NCBI GenBank assembly: GCA_013152435.1 | Contig: JAADGJ010000010.1 | Span: forward strand, 13,911-77,910 | Source: Chloroflexota bacterium | Lineage (GTDB): Bacteria; Chloroflexota; Anaerolineae; DUEN01 | Reading direction: 5' to 3' | DNA: 64,000 nt | In this document: piece by piece, positions 48,170-58,495 of the stretch | Layout: each line of letters starts with the position of its first letter | Position numbering within the stretch: the stretch's first letter is position 1 | The notes under the pieces: model-generated | The model's database searches: none | Seen by the model: only the letters and a program-made list of their open reading frames with translations | What the model was told of the DNA's origin: nothing | Translations under genes and position numbers: made by a program

Positions 48170-49138
48170 TCAATCCTCCCCTTCCAGGAAGGCCTCGACT
48201 GTGCGTCCAACGCGTTCCAGGCTCTCCGCGCTGAGCTTGTCGCAGGTGTCCTCCACCGTGTGCCAGTATGGATAGTCGAAATCGATGATATCTACGGCGG
48301 GGATCCCCGCTTGCAGGAACGGCGTGTGGTCATCTAGTATAGACCATTTCAGCTGAGGGATGAAAAACTCCCCATAGCCCAGTTGGCTGGCGATGCGCCA
48401 CAGAGTCTCCTGTAGCTCGGGGTCCGAGTTTCGCTCCATGTAGATCTGTTGGTCGGCATCCCCGATCATGTCCACCACGATCACCAGCGAGGGGCGATCC
48501 TCAGGGGTGAGCTGTCTGGCCATATACGTGGAGCCGGCGATGAACTCCCAGCCGTCCAGTTGTCCGTTGTCCTCAGCATCGAAGAAGGCCAAGCGCACCC
48601 GGTAAGGTGATCGGCCGAGATCGACCACACGCGCCAGCTCGAGGAGTACGGCCACGCCGCTGGCGCCATCGTTGGCCCCTGGCACGGGCTCGCTTCGTCG
48701 CGCGGGGTCCGGATCGCGGTCGGCTCGCTGGCGGGTGTCATAGTGCGCGCCGATCAAGGCAATGGGAGCATCGGGCTTGGGTTCCCGGGCTGGCCGGGCG
48801 ATCAGGTTCACGCCGGGAGTGTTCTGATATGTAAACGGCTGCCGCTCGACCTCCCACCCCACCTGGGACAACTGCTCCGTGATGTATGCCTGTAGCTGCC
48901 GATGCGCCTCGCTGTTCACCGGCCGTGGGCCCAAGTTACACTGATACAGGGCATGCTTCAGGGCCAGTTCCCCTCGAAAGACTCGAGGCTCCTCCTGAGG
49001 CCGCCCGATCATGGACGAGACCCAAGGGGATACGAGATCATACCCTAACCAGCCAAACCAGGCCAGCGCGCCTGCCAGTGCGAGCAGCAGGACGATCTCA
49101 ATCCGCCTTTGCCTCAACCACCTCCCCGCTCTTCGCAT
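48170..49138 (-). CDS. M28-family zinc peptidase (aminopeptidase/glutaminyl-cyclase-like) with N-terminal membrane anchor.
   Basis: Metal-binding motifs HYDTR, ANDGASGVAVLLELAR and FFDAEDNG. N-terminal TM segment. Confidence 0.75.
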   Translation of the reverse strand: MRRAGRWLRQRRIEIVLLLALAGALAWFGWLGYDLVSPWVSSMIGRPQEEPRVFRGELALKHALYQCNLGPRPVNSEAHRQLQAYITEQLSQVGWEVERQPFTYQNTPGVNLIARPAREPKPDAPIALIGAHYDTRQRADRDPDPARRSEPVPGANDGASGVAVLLELARVVDLGRSPYRVRLAFFDAEDNGQLDGWEFIAGSTYMARQLTPEDRPSLVIVVDMIGDADQQIYMERNSDPELQETLWRIASQLGYGEFFIPQLKWSILDDHTPFLQAGIPAVDIIDFDYPYWHTVEDTCDKLSAESLERVGRTVEAFLEGED

Positions 49139-49190
49139 AGCCTCGGTCTTCCCTTTATTGTGGATTATGTGGCTGTCTCTGGTTTATAGC

Positions 49191-50675
49191 TTAGTGACTA
49201 CGCGAACCGTCTCGGTCGTCCCCACCAGAACCGTCCCAGGGAGGGGAGAGGTCGATCCCCTCCCCCTCCTCGAGCTGGCGCCGCCGACCTCCCCGCTTAC
49301 GCCTCCCCGCTCGAGGAGGTCGATCCCGGTCGCGAAACAGCAACCGAATCGGCGTCCCCTCAAACGGATAGAATGACCGGATCACGTTTTCCAGGTACCG
49401 CTCGTAGGAGAAGTGCAACAGCTCCCGATCGTTGATGAAGAAGACGAAGGTGGGAGGACAAACACCGGTCTGAGTGACGTAATAAAAGCGCAGCCGTTTC
49501 CCCTTCTTGGACGGCGGTTGATGTCGCGTGACCGCCTCTCGCAGCACCCGGTTCAGGTCCGCCGTGGAAAGGCGCACGAAACGCTCTCGATGCACACGAA
49601 GCGCTGTCGGGATCACCTGATTCACCCGCTGCCGTGTTTTGGCGGAGATGAAGAGGACGGGCACGTAATCCATGAAATTCAGCGCTGCTCGCACCTGTTG
49701 CGTATATGTGTTCATCGTGTAGGTGTCCTTCTCGATCAGGTCCCACTTGTTCACCAGCACGACGATCCCTTTTCCCGCCTCCAGCACGTATCCCGCCACA
49801 TGGGTATCCTGGGCCGTAACGCCTTCGCTCGCATCGATCAGGAGCAAAACGACATCCGAACGCTCGATCGCCCGAAGGGCCCGCAGCACGGAGTAATACT
49901 CAACTCCTCGCTCGATCCGACCACGGCGGCGGATCCCCGCTGTGTCGATCAAAATGATGTGCTCTCCCTCCCACTCCAACTCGGTATCAATGGCATCCCG
50001 GGTCGTGCCTGGGATCTCGCTGACGATGGCACGCTCTTGACGCAACAGGGCGTTCAGAAGCGAGGACTTCCCCACATTGGGCCGTCCCACGATAGCTATG
50101 CGAACCCCCTCTTCCTCCTCTTCCTCGAGCTGCTGAGGGAAACGGCCCAGCACGGCGTCCAGGAGGTCCCCCACACCACGACCGTGAAGGGCGGAGATCG
50201 GATAAGGCTCTCCCAGCCCCAACTCCCAGAATTCCGCCGCCGCCCTCTCCCAGGCCTCGTTATCCGCCTTATTCACAGCTAAGACCACTGGCTTTTGGGT
50301 GGTCCGCAACAAATCCGCAACGTCCATGTCCGCAGGCGTAACCCCATCGCGCACGTCGACCAGAAAGATGATCACATCCGCCTCATCGATGGCGATTTGA
50401 GCCTGCGTGCGGATGGCGGGGATGAAATCCGCCGACGCCACGGACAACGGCTCGGGCGTCGTCTCATTGGGCTGAGAGGAGAGATCCAGCAATTCCAGAC
50501 CGCCCGTATCCACCAGAACGAACGGGACGCCGGCCCACTCCGTCTCCGCATACAAACGATCCCGGGTCGTCCCCGGGATATCCTCGACGATCGCCCGGCG
50601 TTCCCCGATGATCCGGTTAAACAACGTCGATTTCCCCACATTAGGGCGACCTACCAGAGCAACAATCGGCTTCAT
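49191..50675 (-). CDS. der: Ribosome-biogenesis GTPase Der (EngA), with tandem G domains, KH domain and an Arg/Gly-rich C-terminal tail.
   Basis: Two GTPase domains, GRPNVGKSTLFNR and GRPNVGKSSLLNAL. The ~45-aa basic tail is unusual. Confidence 0.9.
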   Translation of the reverse strand: MKPIVALVGRPNVGKSTLFNRIIGERRAIVEDIPGTTRDRLYAETEWAGVPFVLVDTGGLELLDLSSQPNETTPEPLSVASADFIPAIRTQAQIAIDEADVIIFLVDVRDGVTPADMDVADLLRTTQKPVVLAVNKADNEAWERAAAEFWELGLGEPYPISALHGRGVGDLLDAVLGRFPQQLEEEEEEGVRIAIVGRPNVGKSSLLNALLRQERAIVSEIPGTTRDAIDTELEWEGEHIILIDTAGIRRRGRIERGVEYYSVLRALRAIERSDVVLLLIDASEGVTAQDTHVAGYVLEAGKGIVVLVNKWDLIEKDTYTMNTYTQQVRAALNFMDYVPVLFISAKTRQRVNQVIPTALRVHRERFVRLSTADLNRVLREAVTRHQPPSKKGKRLRFYYVTQTGVCPPTFVFFINDRELLHFSYERYLENVIRSFYPFEGTPIRLLFRDRDRPPRAGRRKRGGRRRQLEEGEGIDLSPPWDGSGGDDRDGSRSH

Positions 50676-50687
50676 CCATTCCCCTTT

Positions 50688-52046
50688 TCACGGCTTCGGT
50701 TCTTGCTTCCGTTCTATCGGCAATACCCCCGCGCCTCCCTGCGCGCCCGCCTCAGGCGTGGGGGTGTGCGTGGGGGTAACCTCCGGCGTGGCCACGACGG
50801 TCTCCTCCGGAGTCGGCGTCTCCGGCACCGGCGTCGGCGTTGGAAGCTCCACGATCTCCACCTCCACCGTCTCCGGCAGCCAGCTATCCACACGCACTCC
50901 CTCCGGCGTCACGATGACGGGGCGAACGTTATGCACCCCCGGCCCCAGCCCGGACAGATCCAGCACCACCCGAACATCCGTGGGCTGTAACGCCTCCAGA
51001 CGGGGCAGAGGACCGGACAGGAAGACGTCTACCTTATCCAGCAGGACGTTCGCCTGCAGCCCCGGCGCTACCCCCTGCACGACGGGGGAGCGCGTCACCG
51101 TCAACCCACCCTCCAGTGGCGTAATGGTCACGCGCACGGTCACGCTCTGCACGCCAAAAGCGGACGAGACGTTCTCGGGCAGTAACAAGGCGGCACGCTC
51201 GATCACATCGGTGTCCGCCCCCTCGATGTTGACCGGCGTCGCCTCCACGTACCCGGGCACAGCCTGGATCGCCTGAGGATCTCCGAACAACATGACCACC
51301 GGGGGCTCCACGCTGACATTGCTGACCCGGTAGCCGCGCGCCGGCTGCCCTTGAAGCTGCACCAGGACCGTCACCTCCCGGTAGCCGGGACGCTGGACGA
51401 TGGGGACCGTCACCGACACCGATTTCGGCTCGACCTCCACGAAGCGGGTGGGCAGCCCCTCGCTATTTCGCAGGGATACAGGGCGAATGCGATGCACCGT
51501 GGACTTCGCGCCGAGGATGGACACTTCTACAACGGCACTGGCCACGTCCTCTACATACGTGCGGGCGCCGGAAACCGTCACCCGATCCGGCTCCACCGTC
51601 GGCGTCTCCCAGTCATACCCCAGCGCAGGCTCATCCAGCACCTCCACCCGCACGGGGACGACCTTCTTCACGAAGGTGTCCAGCGTCACCCGCACCCGCT
51701 CAGGCCGCACCTGCACGACCTCCACGTCGGGCTTCTCCACATACACCTCTACGGGGACCTCGTGGACACCCTCCCGCAATCCGGCCACATCCACAATGGC
51801 CCGGAAATCCTGGGCGGACAGCGTATCCCACGTGCGCCTTGGTGCCCGCACCTCCACCTGCACAGTATCCGCCGTCTGGCTCAAAAGGGCCAGATCGCTG
51901 GATAGCCCCACCACGTTGATCGGAACCGGCTCGGGCAACAGTTGTCGCAAAACCGGGTTCTCCTCCTGGACCGCTACCACCCAGACGACGAAGGCCAGGA
52001 TAATGGACAGGATGATCGTGCCCAATTCACCAGCCAGGCGATTCAT
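50688..52046 (-). CDS. cdaR: CdaR/YbbR-domain protein (regulator of diadenylate cyclase).
   Basis: N-terminal TM; repeated YbbR-like beta domains; C-terminal PT-rich tail. The start ATG (52046) overlaps the cdaA stop (ATGA). Confidence 0.7.
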   Translation of the reverse strand: MNRLAGELGTIILSIILAFVVWVVAVQEENPVLRQLLPEPVPINVVGLSSDLALLSQTADTVQVEVRAPRRTWDTLSAQDFRAIVDVAGLREGVHEVPVEVYVEKPDVEVVQVRPERVRVTLDTFVKKVVPVRVEVLDEPALGYDWETPTVEPDRVTVSGARTYVEDVASAVVEVSILGAKSTVHRIRPVSLRNSEGLPTRFVEVEPKSVSVTVPIVQRPGYREVTVLVQLQGQPARGYRVSNVSVEPPVVMLFGDPQAIQAVPGYVEATPVNIEGADTDVIERAALLLPENVSSAFGVQSVTVRVTITPLEGGLTVTRSPVVQGVAPGLQANVLLDKVDVFLSGPLPRLEALQPTDVRVVLDLSGLGPGVHNVRPVIVTPEGVRVDSWLPETVEVEIVELPTPTPVPETPTPEETVVATPEVTPTHTPTPEAGAQGGAGVLPIERKQEPKP

Positions 52047-52852
52047 GCCATCGCCCCCCGCGGCTCCCGCGCCCAAGGACGTTCAGGTCGGTAGAAGGAT
52101 TCGATCACCCGCTCCAGGCGGCTCTCATCCAAGCGGCGCACGATACGCCCATTGCGGGCGACGGAGATCGTCCCCGTCTCCTCGGAGACGACGATCGCCA
52201 GAGCATCGCTCTGCTCCGTGATCCCCAGGGCCGCTCGATGGCGAGTGCCGTACTGAACCTCCGCGCTGGGGCGGCTGGAGAGCGGCAGGACACATTTAGC
52301 CGCCACGATCCGATTATCCCGCATGATGACAGCACCGTCATGCAGTGGTGTGTTCGGGAAGAAGATCGTGAGCAAAAGCTGCGTTGAGACGATCCCGTCG
52401 ATCATCACCCCCGTCTCGATGTAATCCTGCAGACCGGTCTGGCCCTCCAAAACGATCAGGGCGCCATGTCGGTGCTCGGCCAGCCGCATCGCGGCGGACA
52501 CGAGATATCCGGTGACCTGCTCGGCCATGGACTCCCGATTCCCCCACCGGAACAGGGTGCTGGTTCGCCCCATACGCTCCAGCGCCCGTCGCAGCTCCGG
52601 CTGGAAGATCACCGGGAGAGACACCAGGATCGCGGGCAGCGAGTTGCGCACCAACCACTCGAAAGCGCTCAGCTGCAATACGCTGGTCACGATGGTGATA
52701 ATCAGCAGGACGAGGAGGACGCCTCGCAGCAGGGCGACGGCCTGCGTGCCGCGAAACAGCCGCAGCAACCCGTAAAAGATCGCCGCCACGAGCGCGATAT
52801 CGATCACGCTCTGCCACGAGAAACGGCTGAGAATGCCAAAGACGTCGATCAA
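52043..52852 (-). CDS. cdaA: Diadenylate cyclase CdaA (c-di-AMP synthase, DisA_N domain).
   Basis: Three N-terminal TM helices, then DAC-domain motifs HDGAVIM and GTRHRAALGITE. Confidence 0.85.
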   Translation of the reverse strand: MIDVFGILSRFSWQSVIDIALVAAIFYGLLRLFRGTQAVALLRGVLLVLLIITIVTSVLQLSAFEWLVRNSLPAILVSLPVIFQPELRRALERMGRTSTLFRWGNRESMAEQVTGYLVSAAMRLAEHRHGALIVLEGQTGLQDYIETGVMIDGIVSTQLLLTIFFPNTPLHDGAVIMRDNRIVAAKCVLPLSSRPSAEVQYGTRHRAALGITEQSDALAIVVSEETGTISVARNGRIVRRLDESRLERVIESFYRPERPWAREPRGAMA

Positions 52853-52922
52853 CTCCGCACCTCATCCCTATACGTTCGATATGTACCCCACCTTCGCCGG
52901 GGAGAGCGACGGCCGCTCCCCA

Positions 52923-53852
52923 CTACCCCTCTGCGGGCGCCATCAAACGCACCAATAGCCCTTTTTGCGCATGCAGCCGGTTCTCTGCCTGATCGAACAA
53001 CACGGAGTGTGGACCATCCGCCACATCGTCCGTGATCTCCTCACCGCGATGAGCCGGCAGGCAGTGCATGACGATCACGTCCGGCCGCGCCCGCGACACC
53101 AAATCGGCGTTCACCTGATAGGGGGGAAACACCTGACGCCTGCGCTCCGCCTCCGCCTCCTGTCCCATGCTCGTCCACACATCCGTATAGATCACATCGG
53201 CATCCCGCACCGCCGCGAGGGGATCCGTGGTGAGGGTGACCTGTCCGCCCCCTCGCTCGGCCAGCGAGCGAGCGAGGGCCACCGTCTCCTCATCCAGCTG
53301 GTAACCTTCCGGCGAGGCGATCACCAAATGAATCCCCGTCAGCGCCGCGGCAAAAGCCAACGAGCGAGCCACGTTGTTCCCATCGCCCACGTAGGCCAGG
53401 CGAACCCCTTCCAGACGCCCCTTCCGCTCCCAGATCGTGAGAAGATCCGCCAACGCCTGACAGGGGTGGTTATAATCGGAGAGCCCGTTGATCACAGGCA
53501 CCCGGGAGTGAGCGGCCAGTTGCTCCACATGGGCATGAGCGAACACGCGCGCCATGATCCCATCCACATAGCGTGACAGGACACGCGCCACATCGGGAAC
53601 GCTCTCCCTCTCCCCCAGACGGATCTCCTGCGGCGAAAGGTAGATCGCGTCCCCGCCCAGATGGATCATGCCCATGTGGAACGACACCCGCGTCCGCAAG
53701 GACGGCTTCTGGAACAACAATCCCAGAACCTTCCCTCGTAAAAGAGGCCGGTTGCCCCCCGCGAGCCATTCGTCTTTCAGCTCTCGCGCCAGCCGGAGGA
53801 TTCTCCACAATTCCTCCGGCGTCAGATCAGCGATCGATAGAAAATGTTGCAT
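52923..53852 (-). CDS. argF: Ornithine carbamoyltransferase.
   Basis: Motifs STRTR, HPCQ and HCLP. Start ATG 53852 has a GGAGGTG RBS; the track's upstream 19 codons are rejected. Confidence 0.85.
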   Translation of the reverse strand: MQHFLSIADLTPEELWRILRLARELKDEWLAGGNRPLLRGKVLGLLFQKPSLRTRVSFHMGMIHLGGDAIYLSPQEIRLGERESVPDVARVLSRYVDGIMARVFAHAHVEQLAAHSRVPVINGLSDYNHPCQALADLLTIWERKGRLEGVRLAYVGDGNNVARSLAFAAALTGIHLVIASPEGYQLDEETVALARSLAERGGGQVTLTTDPLAAVRDADVIYTDVWTSMGQEAEAERRRQVFPPYQVNADLVSRARPDVIVMHCLPAHRGEEITDDVADGPHSVLFDQAENRLHAQKGLLVRLMAPAEG

Positions 53853-53905
53853 GAGAAAGCGCACCTCCGCACGCGATTCGAAACATGCCCCCGTCTCAAC
53901 CTCGA

Positions 53906-54808
53906 TCAATCCGCCAGCAACAGGATGCCAGATCGCACCCCATACTGGCGCCCGCAGGCGTTACAGCGCCAGAAACGCGATGTAACGGACCAATCTCGAG
54001 CGCCGCAGCGCGGGCAGAGTAGGCACTCAGCCAGGGAGCACTCACCTCCCCCCGAGCCAAGAGCAGACCCCGCCTTGCGAGCGAACGCCCAATCGTAGTC
54101 CACCTGCCAGCGCCGAACCTCGCACGCCGCCATCCCCATGTCCATCAACATCTGGCGGAAGGCGGATCGGTGGAAGGTGCGGCCGGGCAACAGGCGCGCC
54201 TGCCACCCCACTCGATTGGAGAGGAGCATGAGTCCTCCGGGCCGCAGCACCCGCACCATCTCCGCCAGAGCCCCGCGAGGGTCGGGCATGAACTCCAAAG
54301 CCTCCACGCAGCTTACGGCGTCAAACGTGGCGTCTGGGAACGGCAGCTTGGAGGCGTCCAGCCACAGCCAGGAGACCCTCTCGTCCCCTTCCAACCGACG
54401 GACGGCCTCCTGGAGCATCCCCAGGGAGCGATCCACAGCTACGATGTGCCCGGGGAACTCGCCATCGGCGAGCAGCGCTCGTGGCACCCGCCCCGTACCG
54501 GTGCCCACATCCAGGAGCCATGGGCGGCGCGCCCCCACCAGGTCAAGCCCCAAACGCAACGGCCGGGCGATGAAGTGGTGCTCATCCTCCTGGTTAAAGC
54601 CCTTGACGTCGTCGTAGCGTCGGGCGAACCGATCATACAGGTAGGCGACAACCCCACTTCCCAGATAGGCACCCTCGGCGATGATCAGATGCCAATAGGC
54701 CAGGGCAACCACGATGATCAGAGCGATCGTCAGGGTGATCCATATCCACAGGCTCACCCGGGAGCGCCTCCCAACGCCCATCCCGCAGCCAGCAAAGCGA
54801 CCCACCAC
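53906..54808 (-). CDS. Class I SAM-dependent methyltransferase with N-terminal TM and C-terminal Cys4 zinc-ribbon.
   Basis: SAM motif [11 protein letters not shown]-terminal CPRCG...CNACG. The start is uncertain (54808 GTG or 54781 ATG). Confidence 0.65.
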   Translation of the reverse strand: MVGRFAGCGMGVGRRSRVSLWIWITLTIALIIVVALAYWHLIIAEGAYLGSGVVAYLYDRFARRYDDVKGFNQEDEHHFIARPLRLGLDLVGARRPWLLDVGTGTGRVPRALLADGEFPGHIVAVDRSLGMLQEAVRRLEGDERVSWLWLDASKLPFPDATFDAVSCVEALEFMPDPRGALAEMVRVLRPGGLMLLSNRVGWQARLLPGRTFHRSAFRQMLMDMGMAACEVRRWQVDYDWAFARKAGSALGSGGGECSLAECLLCPRCGARDWSVTSRFWRCNACGRQYGVRSGILLLAD

Positions 54809-55656
54809 CAGGATTGAACGTGGGCGAGCACAGCCGAGTTCCCCTCCTCAGCGCCTATCCGCCCATACGTCCACCATGTAGGCGCTGAGGCCAACGCCAC
54901 ACCAGCTGCCCAAAGGGGATGCCGCGTCCCCACGAGGAGGGCGACCACGCCCAATTGCGATAGAGCCAGGAGCCACCAGGCCCGTTGGTTCCCGTTCTCG
55001 ACCTCCAGCGCGGCCCGCTGCCACACCGTGAAAGCAGCTCCCCCGCCGAGAGAGGCCAGGGTCATCGGGGCGTAGATGAGATGTCCCAGAACCCATGGCA
55101 GGCCGATCGTCAAGGAAGCTTGGACCCATGTGTTCGGCCGCCCGTTCAGACGAGCGGTGCCCCATCCGATCATGCACAGGGAGAGCGCCAGCAGGGTCGC
55201 CAACACCGCCTCACGCCCCAGGATCAGGGCGACCAAACCGGTGGCCAGCAAGGTGGGCAACCCCAATCGCCAGGCGGCAACCAGAGAACGGTCGCTCTCC
55301 GCCCAGCCCAGCAGCCGAGCCGCCGGCGACCCAGGCCGCAGATACGGCAACGCGAACGTGGTCGAAGGCCACCATTCATCCCCATCCAGGGTGTCATGGC
55401 GACGCTCCGCCAGGATGGTCCACAAACCACCCCACGCGGGATCGGCCAAAAACACCAGGAGAAGCAGACGCAGGAGGTCCTGAGATCTCCACACGAGGGC
55501 ACCGGAGGCCAATGCCCCCGCCAAGACCGCCCATCCCGGCCCCAGGCGCCAGAAGGAGCGGGTCAGCCATAGCCGCATGCCGATCAGCGGCCCGCCGCCA
55601 ACCGGCCATTGTCTTAGCTCTTCTCGCTGCACGGGCTCTCTCCTGTTGCACAACAC
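54754..55656 (-). CDS. Polytopic integral membrane protein, function unknown.
   Basis: 300-aa ORF with 8 or more hydrophobic segments. The N-terminal limit is uncertain; Met27 at about 55578 is an alternative start. Confidence 0.45.
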   Translation of the reverse strand: MLCNRREPVQREELRQWPVGGGPLIGMRLWLTRSFWRLGPGWAVLAGALASGALVWRSQDLLRLLLLVFLADPAWGGLWTILAERRHDTLDGDEWWPSTTFALPYLRPGSPAARLLGWAESDRSLVAAWRLGLPTLLATGLVALILGREAVLATLLALSLCMIGWGTARLNGRPNTWVQASLTIGLPWVLGHLIYAPMTLASLGGGAAFTVWQRAALEVENGNQRAWWLLALSQLGVVALLVGTRHPLWAAGVALASAPTWWTYGRIGAEEGNSAVLAHVQSWWWVALLAAGWALGGAPG

Positions 55657-55803
55657 GCTGAATTATACCACAAGGGATTACCAAAGGGCCACACTATTCG
55701 CATCAACTGAACAGCATGAGCGAGGCGACCACCTGTCGCTCTTTCCCTCCACGGGCGGTCGCACCTGAAAGGGGATGTGTGGAGGGGCTACCGCTCCGTC
55801 GAA

Positions 55804-55832
55804 TTGACAGCTCAACAGGAAAACGATATACT
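55804..55832 (+). promoter_or_regulatory. Consensus promoter TTGACA-N17-TATACT with a ~170-nt structured leader before the 56002 gene.
   Basis: TTGACA at 55804..55809 and TATACT at 55827..55832. No recognisable SD before the ATG at 56002. Confidence 0.4.
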
Positions 55833-56001
55833 CCTTCTCGGCTCTACAACAGTTCAGCATCTGAGGGCCTGGCACGTGAGAGCGAGCTTCTGCGAAAGCG
55901 CGGGGGTGTGGTCCTGTGGCACGGGTGTCGTCCCCTGGGCGGGGGGCGTAGCCTTTGGCTACACGAACACCACCCCACATCCATCTCCGAGGCCATATTG
56001 A

Positions 56002-57453
56002 ATGGAGACCTCGCAGGCAACCCACTTGCTCCTGATCCGTCACGCGGAGTCCCTGAGCAACCTGTACGGGATCAACATGGGCCCTAATACGGGGCTCACA
56101 GCCCGAGGTTGGGAGCAAGCTCGCTACCTGGCAGACTGGTTGGCGACACATGAGCCCATCGATGTCATCATCTCCAGTCCCCTGCTGCGCGCCCGCCAGA
56201 CGGCCGATATCCTGAGCATCCGGCTGAACCTCCCCGTGCACATCCAAAAAGGACTGGAGGAGGCCACACAGCCATACTGGGACGAGTTCCCCTCCTTTGC
56301 CGAGAGCAAAGGGTTACCTGACGAGCCCTGGATCCCCACGCCGGAGACGGCCCCCATGTACACAGCCTTCCGGGATCAGGTCGTCCAGGCGCTGCGAGCC
56401 ATCCTGGACCAATTCTGGGGGCACCGCATCGCCATCATCACCCACGGTGGGACCATGTCCACCCTGTTACGCTCTCTGATCGGGGGCCATCACGTCCGTG
56501 TCTATCAACACAACACCGCCATCCACAAGCTCGTCTGGGAAAAGAAGCAATGGACCCTCATTTATGTCAACAGAATCGAGCATCTGAACAGCGAGGCCGC
56601 CCCCGCTGACCGCCAGGCATCTCAGGAGGAGGAACGAGATGAGCAGGAGGTCCAGGCGACACTGCCAGCCCCAGCCTCTCCTCCCCCTCCCCTGCCCGTC
56701 CATCGGCCTCACGACCTCACCCCCGCCCAAATTGAGCGCCTCATAGATCTCGTTGATCCACAGCCGGACGAGCGGGCACTGGATATCGCCACCGGCACCG
56801 GGGCGCTGGCCGTTGCCCTGGCACAAAAGATGAGGCAGGTCATCGCCGTGGATACGAGTCCCGAGATGCTGGAAGAGGCTGAGATCGCCCGTATCCAAGC
56901 CGGGCTGGACAACCTCCACGTGCGATGGGCCCGGCCGGAACAGCTCCCCTTCCTGGATGACTCCTTCGACCTGATCACCTGCGCTTATGGTCTCCATCAC
57001 TTCCAGGACGCCGCCGCGGCGATCCGGGAGATGGCCCGGGTGTGCCGTCCCGGGGGGCATATCCTGATCCACGAGCCCGCCGGGGATATCGACCCCGTGA
57101 AGCGGGCCACACAAGACGTCATCGAGCTACGGCGGGATAGCTCCCATGTGACGCTCCTCACCGCCGATCAGACGCGCGATCTGGTCATCCAGGCCGGGTT
57201 GGAGATCGATCGAGACGAGATCACGGAGATCGAGCGCCATCTGGCGGACTGGCTGGACGCCGAGAACGCCGACGCCGAGATGGTCGAAGAGGTGACAGCC
57301 ATGTTGGACGCGGCGATGGAGGGCGACGCGGCCGGCCTGCAGGTCCACCGAGAGCGCGATGGCAGCCTATCCTTCCGGCAACGCGTGCTCACGTTGCTGG
57401 CACACAAGCCCATCCAGGAGACACCGGGTCCCAACGACGCACCCACCGCATGA
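56002..57453 (+). CDS. Fusion protein: histidine phosphatase (phosphoglycerate-mutase family) + class I SAM-dependent methyltransferase.
   Basis: N-terminal LLLIRHAES (the RHG motif) and the later histidine. C-terminal half has LDIATGTGALAVALA (motif I) and VCRPGGHILIHEP (motif III). Confidence 0.75.
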   Translation: METSQATHLLLIRHAESLSNLYGINMGPNTGLTARGWEQARYLADWLATHEPIDVIISSPLLRARQTADILSIRLNLPVHIQKGLEEATQPYWDEFPSFAESKGLPDEPWIPTPETAPMYTAFRDQVVQALRAILDQFWGHRIAIITHGGTMSTLLRSLIGGHHVRVYQHNTAIHKLVWEKKQWTLIYVNRIEHLNSEAAPADRQASQEEERDEQEVQATLPAPASPPPPLPVHRPHDLTPAQIERLIDLVDPQPDERALDIATGTGALAVALAQKMRQVIAVDTSPEMLEEAEIARIQAGLDNLHVRWARPEQLPFLDDSFDLITCAYGLHHFQDAAAAIREMARVCRPGGHILIHEPAGDIDPVKRATQDVIELRRDSSHVTLLTADQTRDLVIQAGLEIDRDEITEIERHLADWLDAENADAEMVEEVTAMLDAAMEGDAAGLQVHRERDGSLSFRQRVLTLLAHKPIQETPGPNDAPTA

Positions 57454-57732
57454 TACACAGGAAACCCAGCCCTCCAACCTCGGCCCTCACCGGCAGTACA
57501 TCTTTTCATGTGGAATTACGGCGGAAGCCGTGAGGGGTTGCACTCCTCAAAAGAACCTTCCGGGTTTCCGCCCCTCACCCGCTTCGCCCGGCCTTGCCCC
57601 ACCCGAATGAGGCCGGGAATGCGAACAATGATGACGGCAACGATTCCCACAAGCATCATGGCGATGAATCACCAGGCGCCTTCACGCCCTCCAAATGGGT
57701 ATAGTACCATCTTCCGGGGTACCGGGGGGGCA

Positions 57733-57761
57733 TTGACGTCCGCCCGCGGCTCAACTAGGAT
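57733..57761 (+). promoter_or_regulatory. Putative promoter TTGACG-N17-TAGGAT upstream of the HTH gene.
   Basis: TTGACG at 57733..57738 and TAGGAT at 57756..57761. Confidence 0.3.
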
Positions 57762-57864
57762 GAATGCGTAAATCTTAAACGGATTGAATCGGTTTCAGAG
57801 AGCTCCGTTCGGTCAGCGTGTGAGAAGCTGGGATGGACTTCATCACTCGCGAGGGGAAGGCGCC

Positions 57865-58101
57865 ATGAGTCCACCTGATGAAGCATCGCTCCTCACGGCA
57901 CGGGAAGCGGCACAGTATCTCAACATCAGCCTGTCCACACTTCATCGGATTGAGCAGGAGGGCTGGCTCGTACCGTATCGTACGCCCGGTGGGCACCGAC
58001 GATACAGCATCAAGATGCTGCAGGAGTATCTGGAGAAAACCCGGCGGCAGCCGTCACAACGCGCCGATGATTCCGAAAAAACCTTTTTCATCGAGGGATA
58101 A
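57865..58101 (+). CDS. Excisionase/MerR-type helix-turn-helix DNA-binding protein (HTH_17-like), 78 aa.
   Basis: LLTAREAAQYLNISLSTLHRIEQEGWLVPYRTPGGHRRY matches the Xis/HTH_17 pattern. ATG 57865. The stop TAA at 58099..58101 is followed after one nucleotide by the ATG of the next gene. Confidence 0.65.
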   Translation: MSPPDEASLLTAREAAQYLNISLSTLHRIEQEGWLVPYRTPGGHRRYSIKMLQEYLEKTRRQPSQRADDSEKTFFIEG

Positions 58102-58102
58102 T

Positions 58103-58495
58103 ATGGGAAAACGCATTCTCGTTATCGATGACGAGCCCGATCTCGTACACCTGGTATCGATCTTCCTGGGCGCAGCGGGATTCGAGGTAATCGGTGCCGA
58201 CAACGGGCGCGAGGGAATAGAGAAGATCGAGCAGGTCTCCCCCGATCTCGTGATCTGTGATATGGTGATGCCGAACATGGACGGCATCGAAACCGTCAAG
58301 GCCATTCGGGCCAATCCGCGCACGCGCTCGCTGCCGGTCATCATGCTCTCCGCCAGAGGGCAGACGGAAGATGTCAACCGGGCCCTCACCGCCGGAGCCA
58401 ACGACTACATCATCAAGCCCTTTCGCGGGGCGGAAATCGTGGAGATGGTCAAGCGATACCTCTCCCAGGAGCAGTTAACTGAGATATGCCCTTAA
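58103..58495 (+). CDS. Single-domain (CheY-like) response regulator receiver.
   Basis: RILVIDDEPDLV...DLVICDMVMPNMDG...SARGQ...DYIIKPF; 131 aa with no output domain. Confidence 0.85.
   Translation: MGKRILVIDDEPDLVHLVSIFLGAAGFEVIGADNGREGIEKIEQVSPDLVICDMVMPNMDGIETVKAIRANPRTRSLPVIMLSARGQTEDVNRALTAGANDYIIKPFRGAEIVEMVKRYLSQEQLTEICP

Noticed and set aside
50372-50641. Small ORFs within der and cdaR (e.g. 50372..50641, 50608..51276)
   Set aside because: They are alternate-frame ORFs inside well-supported genes, with biased low-complexity composition.
55657-56001. SAM or other riboswitch in the long leader of the phosphatase-methyltransferase gene
   Set aside because: I found no match to SAM-I/II core motifs by inspection. 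It is retained only as an unexplained long leader in the findings.
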